Positions 1-8,618 of a DNA stretch of 40,937 nt are shown here, piece after piece. This DNA comes from Gemmataceae bacterium (GTDB lineage: Bacteria > Planctomycetota > Planctomycetia > Gemmatales > Gemmataceae): positions 1 to 40,937 of the forward strand of contig DATLYH010000335.1 of assembly GCA_035575035.1 (NCBI GenBank). The letters run 5' to 3'. Positions within the stretch are counted from its first letter, which is position 1, and each line of letters starts with the position of its first letter. A program made the position numbers and the translations under genes. The notes under the pieces are model-generated. The model was not told where the DNA came from. It saw nothing but the letters and a program-made list of their open reading frames with translations, and made no database searches.

Positions 1-1068
1 CCTTCTCCAACGCCTTCAGCACCACCCAGTCCAGCTCCCGCCGCAACGCCGCCACCAACGCCCCACCCTCCATCTGCCGCTGCGCCGACAGCCGCGCCAA
101 CGCCTCCCCCGAATGACTCAAGCGCGTGCTCGGCCGCTCCGGCTCCTCCTCCTTGATGGCCATCAACAATGCCACCATCGCCGAACCACGCACCCGCTCC
201 AAGGCCAACGGCGTCGTCCCTGTCAACAACTCGTACAGCAACACCCCCAGCGAATAGACATCGCTGCGCGTGTCAATGTCCTGGTTGTTCAACTCCGCCT
301 GCTCTGGACTCATGTACTGAATGGTGCCGACTACCGCCCCCAAAGCGGTGTACATCGTCTTGTCGGTCAGCTTCCCCCCGGTCGCCTTGGCCACGCCAAA
401 GTCAATCACCTTGACCACCGGCCGACCATCAAACGAGGCCACCAGGACGTTGGACGGCTTCAGGTCGCGGTGGATGATCCCCTTCTGATGGGCGTGCTGC
501 ACCGCCTGGCAAACCTGGACGAACAGCTCCAGCCTTTGCCGCAGGCTGAGCTTGTTGCGATCGCAATAGTCGGTGATGGGGATGCCCTTGACCAGTTCCA
601 TGACGAAGTAGGGTCGGCCGCTGGGGGTGGTGCCGGCGTCGAAGACGCGGGCGATGTGGGGGTGGTCCATCAGGGCCAGGGCTTGCCGCTCGGCCTCGAA
701 GCGGGCGATGACCTGGCGGCTGTCCATGCCGGGTTTGATGATCTTGAGGGCGACCTTGCGGCGGACCGGCTCTTGCTGCTCGGCCATCCAGACAGTGCCC
801 ATGCCCCCTTCGCCGATTTGTTCCAGCAGCTTGTAGCGGCCGGCGATGAGGCTGCCGGGCTGTTCGCTCGCTTCGCTCTGTGGCGGCTGGCCGGCGTCGG
901 CGTTGGCGGGGTCGGCCGGCGGCAGGGTCTCTCGGTCCGCGATCGGGACGCTGGCCTCGTGCGAGGGGTCGGTCAGGCCGGCTTCGGATAAGCAGCGGGG
1001 ACACAGGCCGGCGGGAGCTTCGGGCGGCAAAGCCGCGCCGCACTGGGGACAGGTTGTCGGGGCGCTCA
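1..1068 (-). CDS. Ser/Thr protein kinase, N-terminal zinc-ribbon (CPxCG...CPRC) followed by Hanks-type kinase domain; 3' end (C-terminus) runs off the window start
   Basis: Reverse-strand translation starting at the ATG at 1066-1068 reads [27 protein letters not shown]...[25 protein letters not shown]...VALKIIK...[10 protein letters not shown]...DFGVAK...SPEQ, i.e. canonical kinase subdomains I, II, VIb, VII and VIII. The plus-strand ORFs 113..991 and 169..414 are antisense artefacts. Confidence 0.85.
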
Positions 1069-1439
1069 TGGACAGACCTCCACTGGGTTCAGAGTCATGC
1101 CCCTTGCTTCGGTCCCGACCGCTGGTGTCCCTATTATCTCTATTACGAAGAAAAAATCCAAAAAGGTAACAGCCGGCGGCCCGCAATGGTTCCCCGAACC
1201 AGGGCGGCGACGTTGACCCGCCTCCCCGGCCGCAGTAGACTCAAACTTCCCTCAACGACAACAACCGGTGACGAGGCGGCGCCGGGTTCGGCCGGGAGCT
1301 CTGGTTTGGATGTATGGATCGGCCTTGCGCAAAACGACCGGTTGGGGAAGGCCGCTTTGGTTCCGCGACGGTAGCCTGCTCCGCGCCCCGGCTGAGGAAG
1401 GTTCTCCGCGACGGGAAGGACTGAGCGAGGCGCCGACCT

Positions 1440-2315
1440 ATGCGTTTCCTCATAACCGGCGCCAGCGGGCAGCTCGGCGCCTACCTACTGCGCGTGCTCA
1501 AGGAACAGGGCCGGGAAGTGATCGCCTGGAGCGGCTCACGCACCGGCTCCCTTCTCGGTGTTCCCCTGCGGCCGGTGGACCTGGCCGACCCAGACGGCGT
1601 TGCCCGCGCCTTCGGTGCGGCCCGGCCGGATGTGGTGATCCATGCGGCGGCGATGGCGAATGTGGCCGACTGCCGGCGCGACCCCCAGCGGGCCGAACAG
1701 GTCAACATCGACGGTACCGCCCGGTTGGCGGAATGGGCCGATCGGATGCGGGCGCGGCTGCTGTTGGTGTCCACCGACCTGGTCTTTGACGGCGAAAAGG
1801 GCTGGTACACCGAGACGGATACACCGGCCCCGCTCTCCATCTACGGGCGCACCAAGCTGGCCGCAGAGCAGGCGGTGCTGGCAACCCCCCGCGGTGCGGT
1901 GGCACGCGTCAGCCTGCTATTTGGGCCGACGCTGGCCGGCCGGCCTTCCTTCTTCGACGAGCAGCTAGCCGCCCTGCGCGAGCGCCGGCCGCTGCACCTG
2001 TTCGCCGATGAATGGCGGACGCCGCTGGCCCTGCTCATCGCCGCCCAGGCGCTGGCGGCACTGGCCGTGTCCGACTTCACCGGCCTGATCCACCTCGGCG
2101 GGCCGGAGCGCCTCAGCCGGCTGGAGATGGGCCAACGGCTGGCCGCAGCGCTGGGACTGGACCCCTCGGTGATCGTCCCCGCCGCCCGCGCCAGCTTCCC
2201 CGCCGCAGAGCCCCGGCCGCGCGATGTGTCGCTGGACAGCAGCCGGTGGCGGTCCCTTTTCCCCGCCCAGCCCTGGCCTGACTGGGATGAGGCGCTCGGC
2301 GAGATGATGCCTTGA
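1440..2315 (+). CDS. rfbD: dTDP-4-dehydrorhamnose reductase (RmlD/RfbD family, NAD(P)-binding Rossmann)
   Basis: N-terminal ITGASGQLG Rossmann motif, HAAAMANVADCRRDPQRAEQVN, STDLVFDG, YGRTKLAAE (YxxxK) and a C-terminal ADEWRTP segment, all typical of RmlD. Confidence 0.75.
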   Translation: MRFLITGASGQLGAYLLRVLKEQGREVIAWSGSRTGSLLGVPLRPVDLADPDGVARAFGAARPDVVIHAAAMANVADCRRDPQRAEQVNIDGTARLAEWADRMRARLLLVSTDLVFDGEKGWYTETDTPAPLSIYGRTKLAAEQAVLATPRGAVARVSLLFGPTLAGRPSFFDEQLAALRERRPLHLFADEWRTPLALLIAAQALAALAVSDFTGLIHLGGPERLSRLEMGQRLAAALGLDPSVIVPAARASFPAAEPRPRDVSLDSSRWRSLFPAQPWPDWDEALGEMMP

Positions 2316-2355
2316 GGGCCGGGGACCAGGCCGCCCATTTTTTCTTGCGTGCTTA

Positions 2356-2384
2356 TTTGACAATCCCCGCGCGGTGATCTACTT
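2356..2384 (+). promoter_or_regulatory. sigma70-like promoter candidate upstream of flp pilin (TTGACA-17nt-TACTTT)
   Basis: TTGACA at 2356-2361, a 17-nt spacer, then TACTTT at 2379-2384. It sits in the AT-richer intergenic region 2316-2549, about 165 nt upstream of the pilin start. Confidence 0.35.
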
Positions 2385-2549
2385 TTGCTTCGTTCCCCTC
2401 TTGAATCCCATCGCCAATGTCCTGATTCTCCCCGGGAACGACTGCCCGTCCATGTCCGTTCCGAATCGCCCGTTGTGTGTGGAAATCCGGTCAAAGACCG
2501 GCCCATTGTCCCATCGTCTCTGTGAAGTTCTCAAAAGGAGAACAGGGTC

Positions 2550-2738
2550 ATGCGCAAGTTCGCACAGCACGTCGTTGAGTTCCTGAAGCAGGAAGACGGC
2601 CCGACCGCGGTCGAGTACGCCGTCATGCTGGCGTTGATCATCGTCGTCTGCCTGGCGGCTATCGGCACGCTCGGCAACAACGCCAACGCCACCTTCACCA
2701 CCGTCGGCACGGCTGTCGGCAGCACCACCGGCAGCTGA
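2550..2738 (+). CDS. flp: Flp/Fap family type IVb pilin (Tad pilus major subunit)
   Basis: 62 aa protein MRKFAQHVVEFLKQEDGPTAVEYAVMLALIIVVCLAAIGTLGNNANATFTTVG. It has a short leader, the G/XXXXEY prepilin motif, a hydrophobic helix and a Gly/Thr-rich tail. A strong RBS AAAGGAGAA lies 8 nt upstream. Confidence 0.8.
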   Translation: MRKFAQHVVEFLKQEDGPTAVEYAVMLALIIVVCLAAIGTLGNNANATFTTVGTAVGSTTGS

Positions 2739-3133
2739 GCCAACGGTCCCGATATGGCCGCAGCGGGGGCTGCCCGTGCCGCGGTCAGGCGCGGGCAGTC
2801 CCCCGGCGGTTCTGCCTTCCGTCCCGCTTTTCACCTCTGACAAGGATTATCCCCCGCCCCCTTGAATGGTTCCCCCGGCCGGCCCGTCCCTGTCACATTG
2901 GCAGAGCCACCGGATACACTGGCAGGTCGGCCGGCATCGGGAAGGGACCGGCCAACTGCGGCTTGATTTCTTTTCCAACGGATGATCTATTAACAGAAGG
3001 GGTTAGAACTCCTGACCCGCGGACGACCCCCTGCCGGTACGTGATTTGCTACCCCGCCCCTGGTAAGTGGGGGGAAACCTCCCGGGGATCGTGCCGCCGG
3101 GCCTTGAGAGGACGGCCGGACGAGGTGAGCGGC

Positions 3134-3532
3134 ATGACGGTACTGTCACACCCCCAGCAGTACTCTATCCTCATAACCGATGACGACCGCAGCTGCCGAG
3201 AAGCCCTGCGGGACATCATGGAGCCGGAAGGGTTCCGGACGTTCCTGGCGTCCTCGGGGGAGGAAGCGGTCGATATCGTCCGAGAGCAGGCGGTCCATCT
3301 GGCCCTGCTCGACATGCACATGCCGACGCTGACGGGATTGGAGACGCTGGGCCTGATGCGACAGATCAATGCCTGCTTGCCCTGCATCCTGGTCACGGCC
3401 GACCCCGACGAGAGGTTGATCCGCCAGGCTTACCAGGCCCGCGCGTACAGCGTCATCCCCAAGCCGGTCAGCAAGAACGTGGTCCTGTACACTGTGGTCC
3501 GCGCCCTGGTGCGCTCATACGGCAGCGGTTGA
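3134..3532 (+). CDS. single-domain response regulator (CheY-like receiver, no output domain)
   Basis: ILITDDD acidic pocket, LLDMHMP phospho-acceptor Asp region, conserved T (LVTAD) and K (IPKP). The start was trimmed from the track ORF 2963 to the ATG at 3134, which is preceded by GAGGTGA. Confidence 0.75.
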   Translation: MTVLSHPQQYSILITDDDRSCREALRDIMEPEGFRTFLASSGEEAVDIVREQAVHLALLDMHMPTLTGLETLGLMRQINACLPCILVTADPDERLIRQAYQARAYSVIPKPVSKNVVLYTVVRALVRSYGSG

Positions 3533-3583
3533 CCTGCCGGCGGCCGGGGCGACCTGTTCCAGCAAGAAGGAGCGAATCGCAAC

Positions 3584-3874
3584 ATGAAAGTTGTCCCCCT
3601 CAACGACAAGATCGTGGTCAAGCGCCTGGAGGCCGAGGAAAAGACGGCCGGCGGCATTGTCCTACCGGACACCGCCAAGGAGAAACCGAAGCAGGGCAAG
3701 GTGCTGAGCCTGGGCGAGGGCAAGTTGCTGGAGAGCGGCAAGCGGGCCCCCTTCCAGGTCAAGGAGGGCGACCGCGTCCTGTTCTCCTCCTATGCCGGCA
3801 GCGAAGTCACCCTGGACGGGGAAGAATACCTGATCATGACCGAGGATGATATCCTGGCCGTGATCGAGTCCTGA
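3584..3874 (+). CDS. groES: co-chaperonin GroES (Hsp10)
   Basis: 96 aa protein MKVVPLNDKIVVKRLEAEEKTAGGIVLPDTAKEKPKQGKV...GDRVLF..YAGSEV..DGEEYLIM.EDDILAVIE is a full-length GroES signature. No groEL follows on either strand. Confidence 0.95.
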   Translation: MKVVPLNDKIVVKRLEAEEKTAGGIVLPDTAKEKPKQGKVLSLGEGKLLESGKRAPFQVKEGDRVLFSSYAGSEVTLDGEEYLIMTEDDILAVIES

Positions 3875-4146
3875 CCGCGGATGATGTCCCTGTGATCGAG
3901 CGTGGCTGGCTGGGGCGAAGCGCCGGCAGCGGGACTTTGCAGACTCCGCCCCGGCCAGCCCGAACGACAGGGTGGCGGAGTGCCAGGGTTCCGGCTGACC
4001 GGCCGGGGTCTTAGCGTTCGCTCTCCGGAGGTAGGCCCGGCCGAACGCCTGCTTCCCCCGCCGTGTCCTTTGCCGAACGAGACCCCTCTTTGGTTTTCCA
4101 TTTCCAATCTCCACCGACTCCCTTAGGATGATAGGACCTGTTCGCT

Positions 4147-6774
4147 TTGTCCCTGGAAACGGCTTCGTGCGGAGGTTCTCCCTTGCTGCTCCCTCCCGTG
4201 CTGATGCTCGGCCTCTTTGCCTTCACACTCTTCCTTAGCGCCACGCTGCTGTTTTTGGTCCAGCCGATGATCGGCAAGATGATGCTGCCGCACCTCGGCG
4301 GCACGCCGGCGGTCTGGAACACCTGCATGGTCTTCTTCCAGGCGGTGCTGCTGTTGGGCTACGCCTACGCCCACGCCACCACCACCTGGCTCAGTTTGCG
4401 GGCCCGCATCCTGCTGCATGCCGTCGTGCTGCTCATTCCGGTGGTCGTCTTGCCCATCAGCGTGGCCGAGACCTGGGCCCCCCGGGCCGACGCCAACCCC
4501 GTGCCCGCTGTGCTCGGGTTGCTCTTTATCACGGCCGGCTTGCCGTTCTTTGTGGTTTCCACCAGCGCCCCGCTGCTGCAAAAGTGGTTCGCCAGCACCG
4601 GCCACCCCGCAGCCCGGGACCCCTACTTCCTCTATGGAGCCAGCAACCTCGGCAGCATGCTCGCCCTGGTCGCCTACCCCGCCCTGGTCGAACCGCACTT
4701 CAACGTCGCCCAACAGAGCGTCTACTGGTCGCTCGGCTATGGGGCGCTGGCCGTGCTCACGCTGGGCTGTGCCGCCCTGGTCTGGACGTCGGGGACCACT
4801 GCCCCGGCCGAGGCGGAGGGGAAGAAGGAAGGGAAGTGGGCCAAGCTCGAGCCGGGCCCGCGCGGCTCCACCGGCATCACGCCGCCCCCTCCGCTCCGAC
4901 CTGCCCCGGCCCGTCCCGGCCGCCGTCCCCGCCCTGAACCCGGGCCGCGGCCGCTGGAGACGGCCGTCACCCCGCTGGAACGGCTGCACTGGGTGGCACT
5001 GGCCTTCGTACCGAGCAGCCTGATGCTGGGGGCAACCACCTACATCACCACCGACGTGGCCGCCATCCCGCTACTGTGGGTGCTACCGCTGGGCCTGTAC
5101 CTGCTCAGCTTCATTCTGGTCTTCTCACGGCTGCCCGGCTTCATCCACAAGGCGATGGTAGTGGCACTGCCGCTTTTGCTCCTGTTGTTGGTCTTCATGA
5201 TGATGTCGAACATCCCCGGGCGGAGTTTCTTCTTCAGCGCTTTGGTGTGGAAGATCGGCATCCACCTGCTCGTACTGTTCGTCGCTGCCATGGTCTGCCA
5301 CGGCGAGCTGGCCCGGCGCCGGCCGTCCACCAGCCACCTGACTGAGTACTATCTGCTGATGTCGGTCGGCGGCGTGCTGGGCGGCGTCTTCAACGCCCTG
5401 GTCGCCCCGCTGATCTTCACCAGTGTTGGTATTGTCGAGTATCCCCTGGCGATGATCCTGGCCCTGATGCTCCTGCCGCGCGATCCCAACGAGGACAAGA
5501 GCCGCGAGGCCTTCTTCAAGGACTTTGGCTACCCGGCCGCTCTGGGGGTGCTGTCGTTGATCCTTATCTCAGGGTTGATCCTCATTCAGCTCAAGCTCCA
5601 TGAGCTTCGCCTTTTTGTCTGGGAGGACACCAGCCGGCTGGATAACTTCTTGGAGAATTATGGCGAGCAGATCGAGGGGGCCTTTGCCAAGATCATCCGT
5701 TACGGGGTGCCGGTGGTCCTGTGCTACCTGTTCGTGGACCGGCCGCTGCGGCTGGCGCTGGGGGTCGGCGCCATCTTGCTGGCTCATGGCTTCGTGGAGC
5801 GCGCCAACAATGACATCATCCGCCAAGAGCGGAGCTTCTTCGGCGTGCTTAAAGTGGAGGAGGAGGGCCAGTTCCGCAAACTGGTCCACGGCACCACGCT
5901 GCACGGCACGCAGCGCTACCGCTGGGACAACCGCTCGCGTTTGCTGACGGTGCGGACTTACTTCCCGCTGCTGGCCTCGGCCGACCCCAGTCAGACCGTC
6001 TGTTACTGGGCGGCGATCCAGGACGAGTGGGTCGAGCCGACCCGCGAGGCGCTGACGTACTACCACCGCACCGGACCAATGGGCCAGATCATGCGGGAGT
6101 TCCGCGGGCCCAAGCGCAAGGAGCACTACGCCGTCATCGGCCTGGGGACCGGCAGCATGGCCAGCTTCGCCGAGGCTGGCCAGAAGGTCACTTTTTACGA
6201 CATCGACAAGGCTGTCAAGGAAATCGCGACCGATCCCCGTTATTTCACCTACGTCTCCGATGCCCGAGAGCGCGGGGCCCAGGTGGAGATCGTCCTCGGC
6301 GACGCTCGCGTCCGGCTGAAGGAGGAGATCCAGGACGAGAAGAATGAGCGCCACCACCATCGGTACGGGCTGCTGGTCATCGACGCCTTCAGCTCCGACG
6401 CCATCCCCATGCACCTGATCACCAAGGAGGCGGTGGAGATTTACTTGAAGAAGCTGGCCGACGACGGCGTGTTGGTCTTCCACATTTCCAACCGCCACCT
6501 CAATCTGGAGCCGGTCCTGGCCAACCTGGCCGAGGCCGTTGAGCCGCCCCTGGTGGGTTATGTGCAGACGGACGGGGACGACGACATCCCCGAGAAGGCC
6601 GCCTCAACCTGGGTGATTATGGCGCGCAAGAAGGAAGACTTCGGCGGACTGCTGGAGTTGAAGCGGGCCAGCGGCAAGCCGCGCTGGGAGCCGCTGGAGG
6701 ACAAGAAGAACCCCGCGGTCGGCGTCTGGACCGACCACTTCTCGAACATCCTCAAGGTGTTCCACTGGCGGTGA
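4147..6774 (+). CDS. fused polytopic membrane domain / spermidine-synthase-like (PABS-fold, SAM-dependent) protein
   Basis: N-terminal multi-TM region (LLFLVQPMIGKMMLPHLGGTPAVWNTCMVFFQAVLLLGYAYAH) as in the fused MFS/spermidine synthase family. C-terminal part carries HYAVIGLGTGS, YDIDKAV and LLVIDAFSSDAIPMHLITKEA, matching the aminopropyltransferase fold. A Pro-rich linker lies between the two parts. Confidence 0.65.
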   Translation: MSLETASCGGSPLLLPPVLMLGLFAFTLFLSATLLFLVQPMIGKMMLPHLGGTPAVWNTCMVFFQAVLLLGYAYAHATTTWLSLRARILLHAVVLLIPVVVLPISVAETWAPRADANPVPAVLGLLFITAGLPFFVVSTSAPLLQKWFASTGHPAARDPYFLYGASNLGSMLALVAYPALVEPHFNVAQQSVYWSLGYGALAVLTLGCAALVWTSGTTAPAEAEGKKEGKWAKLEPGPRGSTGITPPPPLRPAPARPGRRPRPEPGPRPLETAVTPLERLHWVALAFVPSSLMLGATTYITTDVAAIPLLWVLPLGLYLLSFILVFSRLPGFIHKAMVVALPLLLLLLVFMMMSNIPGRSFFFSALVWKIGIHLLVLFVAAMVCHGELARRRPSTSHLTEYYLLMSVGGVLGGVFNALVAPLIFTSVGIVEYPLAMILALMLLPRDPNEDKSREAFFKDFGYPAALGVLSLILISGLILIQLKLHELRLFVWEDTSRLDNFLENYGEQIEGAFAKIIRYGVPVVLCYLFVDRPLRLALGVGAILLAHGFVERANNDIIRQERSFFGVLKVEEEGQFRKLVHGTTLHGTQRYRWDNRSRLLTVRTYFPLLASADPSQTVCYWAAIQDEWVEPTREALTYYHRTGPMGQIMREFRGPKRKEHYAVIGLGTGSMASFAEAGQKVTFYDIDKAVKEIATDPRYFTYVSDARERGAQVEIVLGDARVRLKEEIQDEKNERHHHRYGLLVIDAFSSDAIPMHLITKEAVEIYLKKLADDGVLVFHISNRHLNLEPVLANLAEAVEPPLVGYVQTDGDDDIPEKAASTWVIMARKKEDFGGLLELKRASGKPRWEPLEDKKNPAVGVWTDHFSNILKVFHWR

Positions 6775-6783
6775 CCGAGGTGA

Positions 6784-6836
6784 CCGCTTGCAGCTTAGTG
6801 CTCGCCTCGCCGAGGCGAGCACTAAGCTGCAAGCGG
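6784..6836. repeat. near-perfect 53-bp palindrome (26-bp arms) between convergent genes; REP-like / bidirectional terminator-like; member of the GCTAAGCYGCAAGYGG family
   Basis: CCGCTTGCAGCTTAGTGCTCGCCTCG c CGAGGCGAGCACTAAGCTGCAAGCGG read directly. It lies between the stop of the 4147..6774 gene (6774) and the stop of the flotillin gene (6849). Confidence 0.8.
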
Positions 6837-6848
6837 CGAAGAAGATGT

Positions 6849-8618
6849 TCACCCCTTGGGCGGCGGCGCGTCGGATTCGTCCTTGGCTGTCGCAACCACC
6901 TGGGGGCCGTCATGGTGCTCCGGCGAGGTCGGGGCAGCCGACCGGCCCTCCGGGGCGAAGCGGGCCAAATACTCGGGCATCTCGATGCCGCCGATGTCCT
7001 TCATCACCTGCATCATCGGCGGCAGCACTCGGGCCATGCTCTGCAAGAAGTGGGCGGTGCTGGTCGTACCGTTGCCGTTGGCCCCGCCCCCTTCCCAGAC
7101 GACCACCTTGTCGAACTTGATGTTGGAGATGGCCTGGGCCGCCGTCTGGGCCAGGGTATCGAGGTGCTCCAGCATCAGCATCTGGAAGGCCTGGGAAGCG
7201 CCGCCGCAGGCCTCGATGATCCGCCGCAGGCCTTCCCCCTTCTTGGCCAGGATCTCATACTGGCCGCGGGCCTCGGCCTCGAGCTTGGCGTAGATGGCCT
7301 GGGCCTGGCCCTCCGCCTCGATACGGCGTTTTTCGGCTTCGGCTTCGGCCTCGACGATGATCTTAGCCTTCTCCGCCTTGGCCGGCGCTTCCAACGCCGC
7401 CCGCCGCTCCGCCTCGACGCGCTCGGCCTGGGCCAGAGCGGCCTTGGTCAGGGCGCGGTTCTGCGCCTCCTGCACGGCGGCCTCGGCCTCGCGCTTGCGG
7501 GTCTCGCCGAGCTGGTACGCCTCGGCCTGTTTGACCTGGAGCTGGGCCTGGGCCAGGGCGATCTTGGCCTGGGCCTCGGCCTCGCCGGCGACCGCCTTGG
7601 CGTTGGCCTCGGCAATGGCGATGCGCATCTGCCGCTCGGCGTCCTTGACCTGGGCCTCGCGCTCGAAAGCCGCGGTCTGCTCGCCGACCTTCTGCTCCTT
7701 TTCCAGCTGAGCGATGCGGACCGCCTGCTGTCGCTGGACTTCCTTGATCTGGGCCTCGCGCTCCATCGCCGCCGTCTGTTCGCCGACCTTCTGTTCCTTT
7801 TCCAACTGGGCAATGCGGACCGTCTGGTCGCGCAGGGCCTCGCGGGTGCCGATCTCGCGCACCTTGACGGCGTTGGCCACCTGGATGGCCTTCTCACGCT
7901 CGGCCTCGGCGACGCCGATCTGGCCGAGCTTCTCCTGCTCGGCCACCTCGACCTTGGCTTTCTGGACCGCCTGGCTGGCGGCCTTGCGGCCGATGGCCTC
8001 GATGTAGCCCGACTCGTCGGTGATGTCGGTGATGTTGACGTTGATCAGCACCAGGCCGATCTTCTTCAGCTCCGGCTCCAACGATGTCTGGATGTTGTGC
8101 AGAAACTTGTCGCGGTCGCGGTTGATCTCCTCGATGTGCATCGAGGCGATCACCTGGCGGAGTTGGCCGAAGATGATGTCGCCGGCCTGCTGCTTGATCT
8201 CGTCCGTGCTCAAGTGGAGCAGGCGGATGGCGGCATTGTTCATCGTCTCGGGGTCGGTGCCGATGCCGACGGTGAAGACGCTGGGGACGTTGACGCGGAT
8301 GTTCTCGGCCGACAGGGCCCCTTTGAGGGGGATCTCGATCTGGATCGGTTCCAGACTGAGATAGGCGTATTCCTGGATGAGCGGCCAGACGAAGGCCGCT
8401 CCGCCGTGAATGGGCCGCGACGCCATGCCGCCGCCCACCTTGCCGGAGATGACCAGGATCTGGTCGGGCCGGCACCGCTTGTAGCGGTTCATGAGCAGCA
8501 GCAGAAAACTGAAGAAGACGAGGGCCAGGAAGACCGGCACCAGCACCAGCCAGGGGAAATCGAAATCGGACGCGGGCGCCCCGGGCCGGCCCTGGGCAAG
8601 CAACAAGGTGTTAAGCAT
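6849..8618 (-). CDS. flotillin (SPFH/band-7 family, FloT/YqiK-like) with long coiled-coil (EA-rich) region
   Basis: N-terminal TM, then an SPFH domain (PDQILVISG...RPIHGGAAFVWPLIQEYAYLSLEPIQIEIPLKGALSAENIRVNV...IGTDPE), followed by about 250 aa of E/A/K/Q heptad-like repeats. Its ATG at 8616-8618 overlaps the stop of the upstream NfeD gene. Confidence 0.85.
   Translation of the reverse strand: MLNTLLLAQGRPGAPASDFDFPWLVLVPVFLALVFFSFLLLLMNRYKRCRPDQILVISGKVGGGMASRPIHGGAAFVWPLIQEYAYLSLEPIQIEIPLKGALSAENIRVNVPSVFTVGIGTDPETMNNAAIRLLHLSTDEIKQQAGDIIFGQLRQVIASMHIEEINRDRDKFLHNIQTSLEPELKKIGLVLINVNITDITDESGYIEAIGRKAASQAVQKAKVEVAEQEKLGQIGVAEAEREKAIQVANAVKVREIGTREALRDQTVRIAQLEKEQKVGEQTAAMEREAQIKEVQRQQAVRIAQLEKEQKVGEQTAAFEREAQVKDAERQMRIAIAEANAKAVAGEAEAQAKIALAQAQLQVKQAEAYQLGETRKREAEAAVQEAQNRALTKAALAQAERVEAERRAALEAPAKAEKAKIIVEAEAEAEKRRIEAEGQAQAIYAKLEAEARGQYEILAKKGEGLRRIIEACGGASQAFQMLMLEHLDTLAQTAAQAISNIKFDKVVVWEGGGANGNGTTSTAHFLQSMARVLPPMMQVMKDIGGIEMPEYLARFAPEGRSAAPTSPEHHDGPQVVATAKDESDAPPPKG

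Noticed and set aside
113-991. 292-aa plus-strand ORF (and 169..414, 429..1043, 846..1374)
   Set aside because: Antisense or overlapping the reverse-strand Ser/Thr kinase, whose translation shows all Hanks motifs. These are typical high-GC spurious ORFs with Arg/Pro/Ala-rich nonsense translations.
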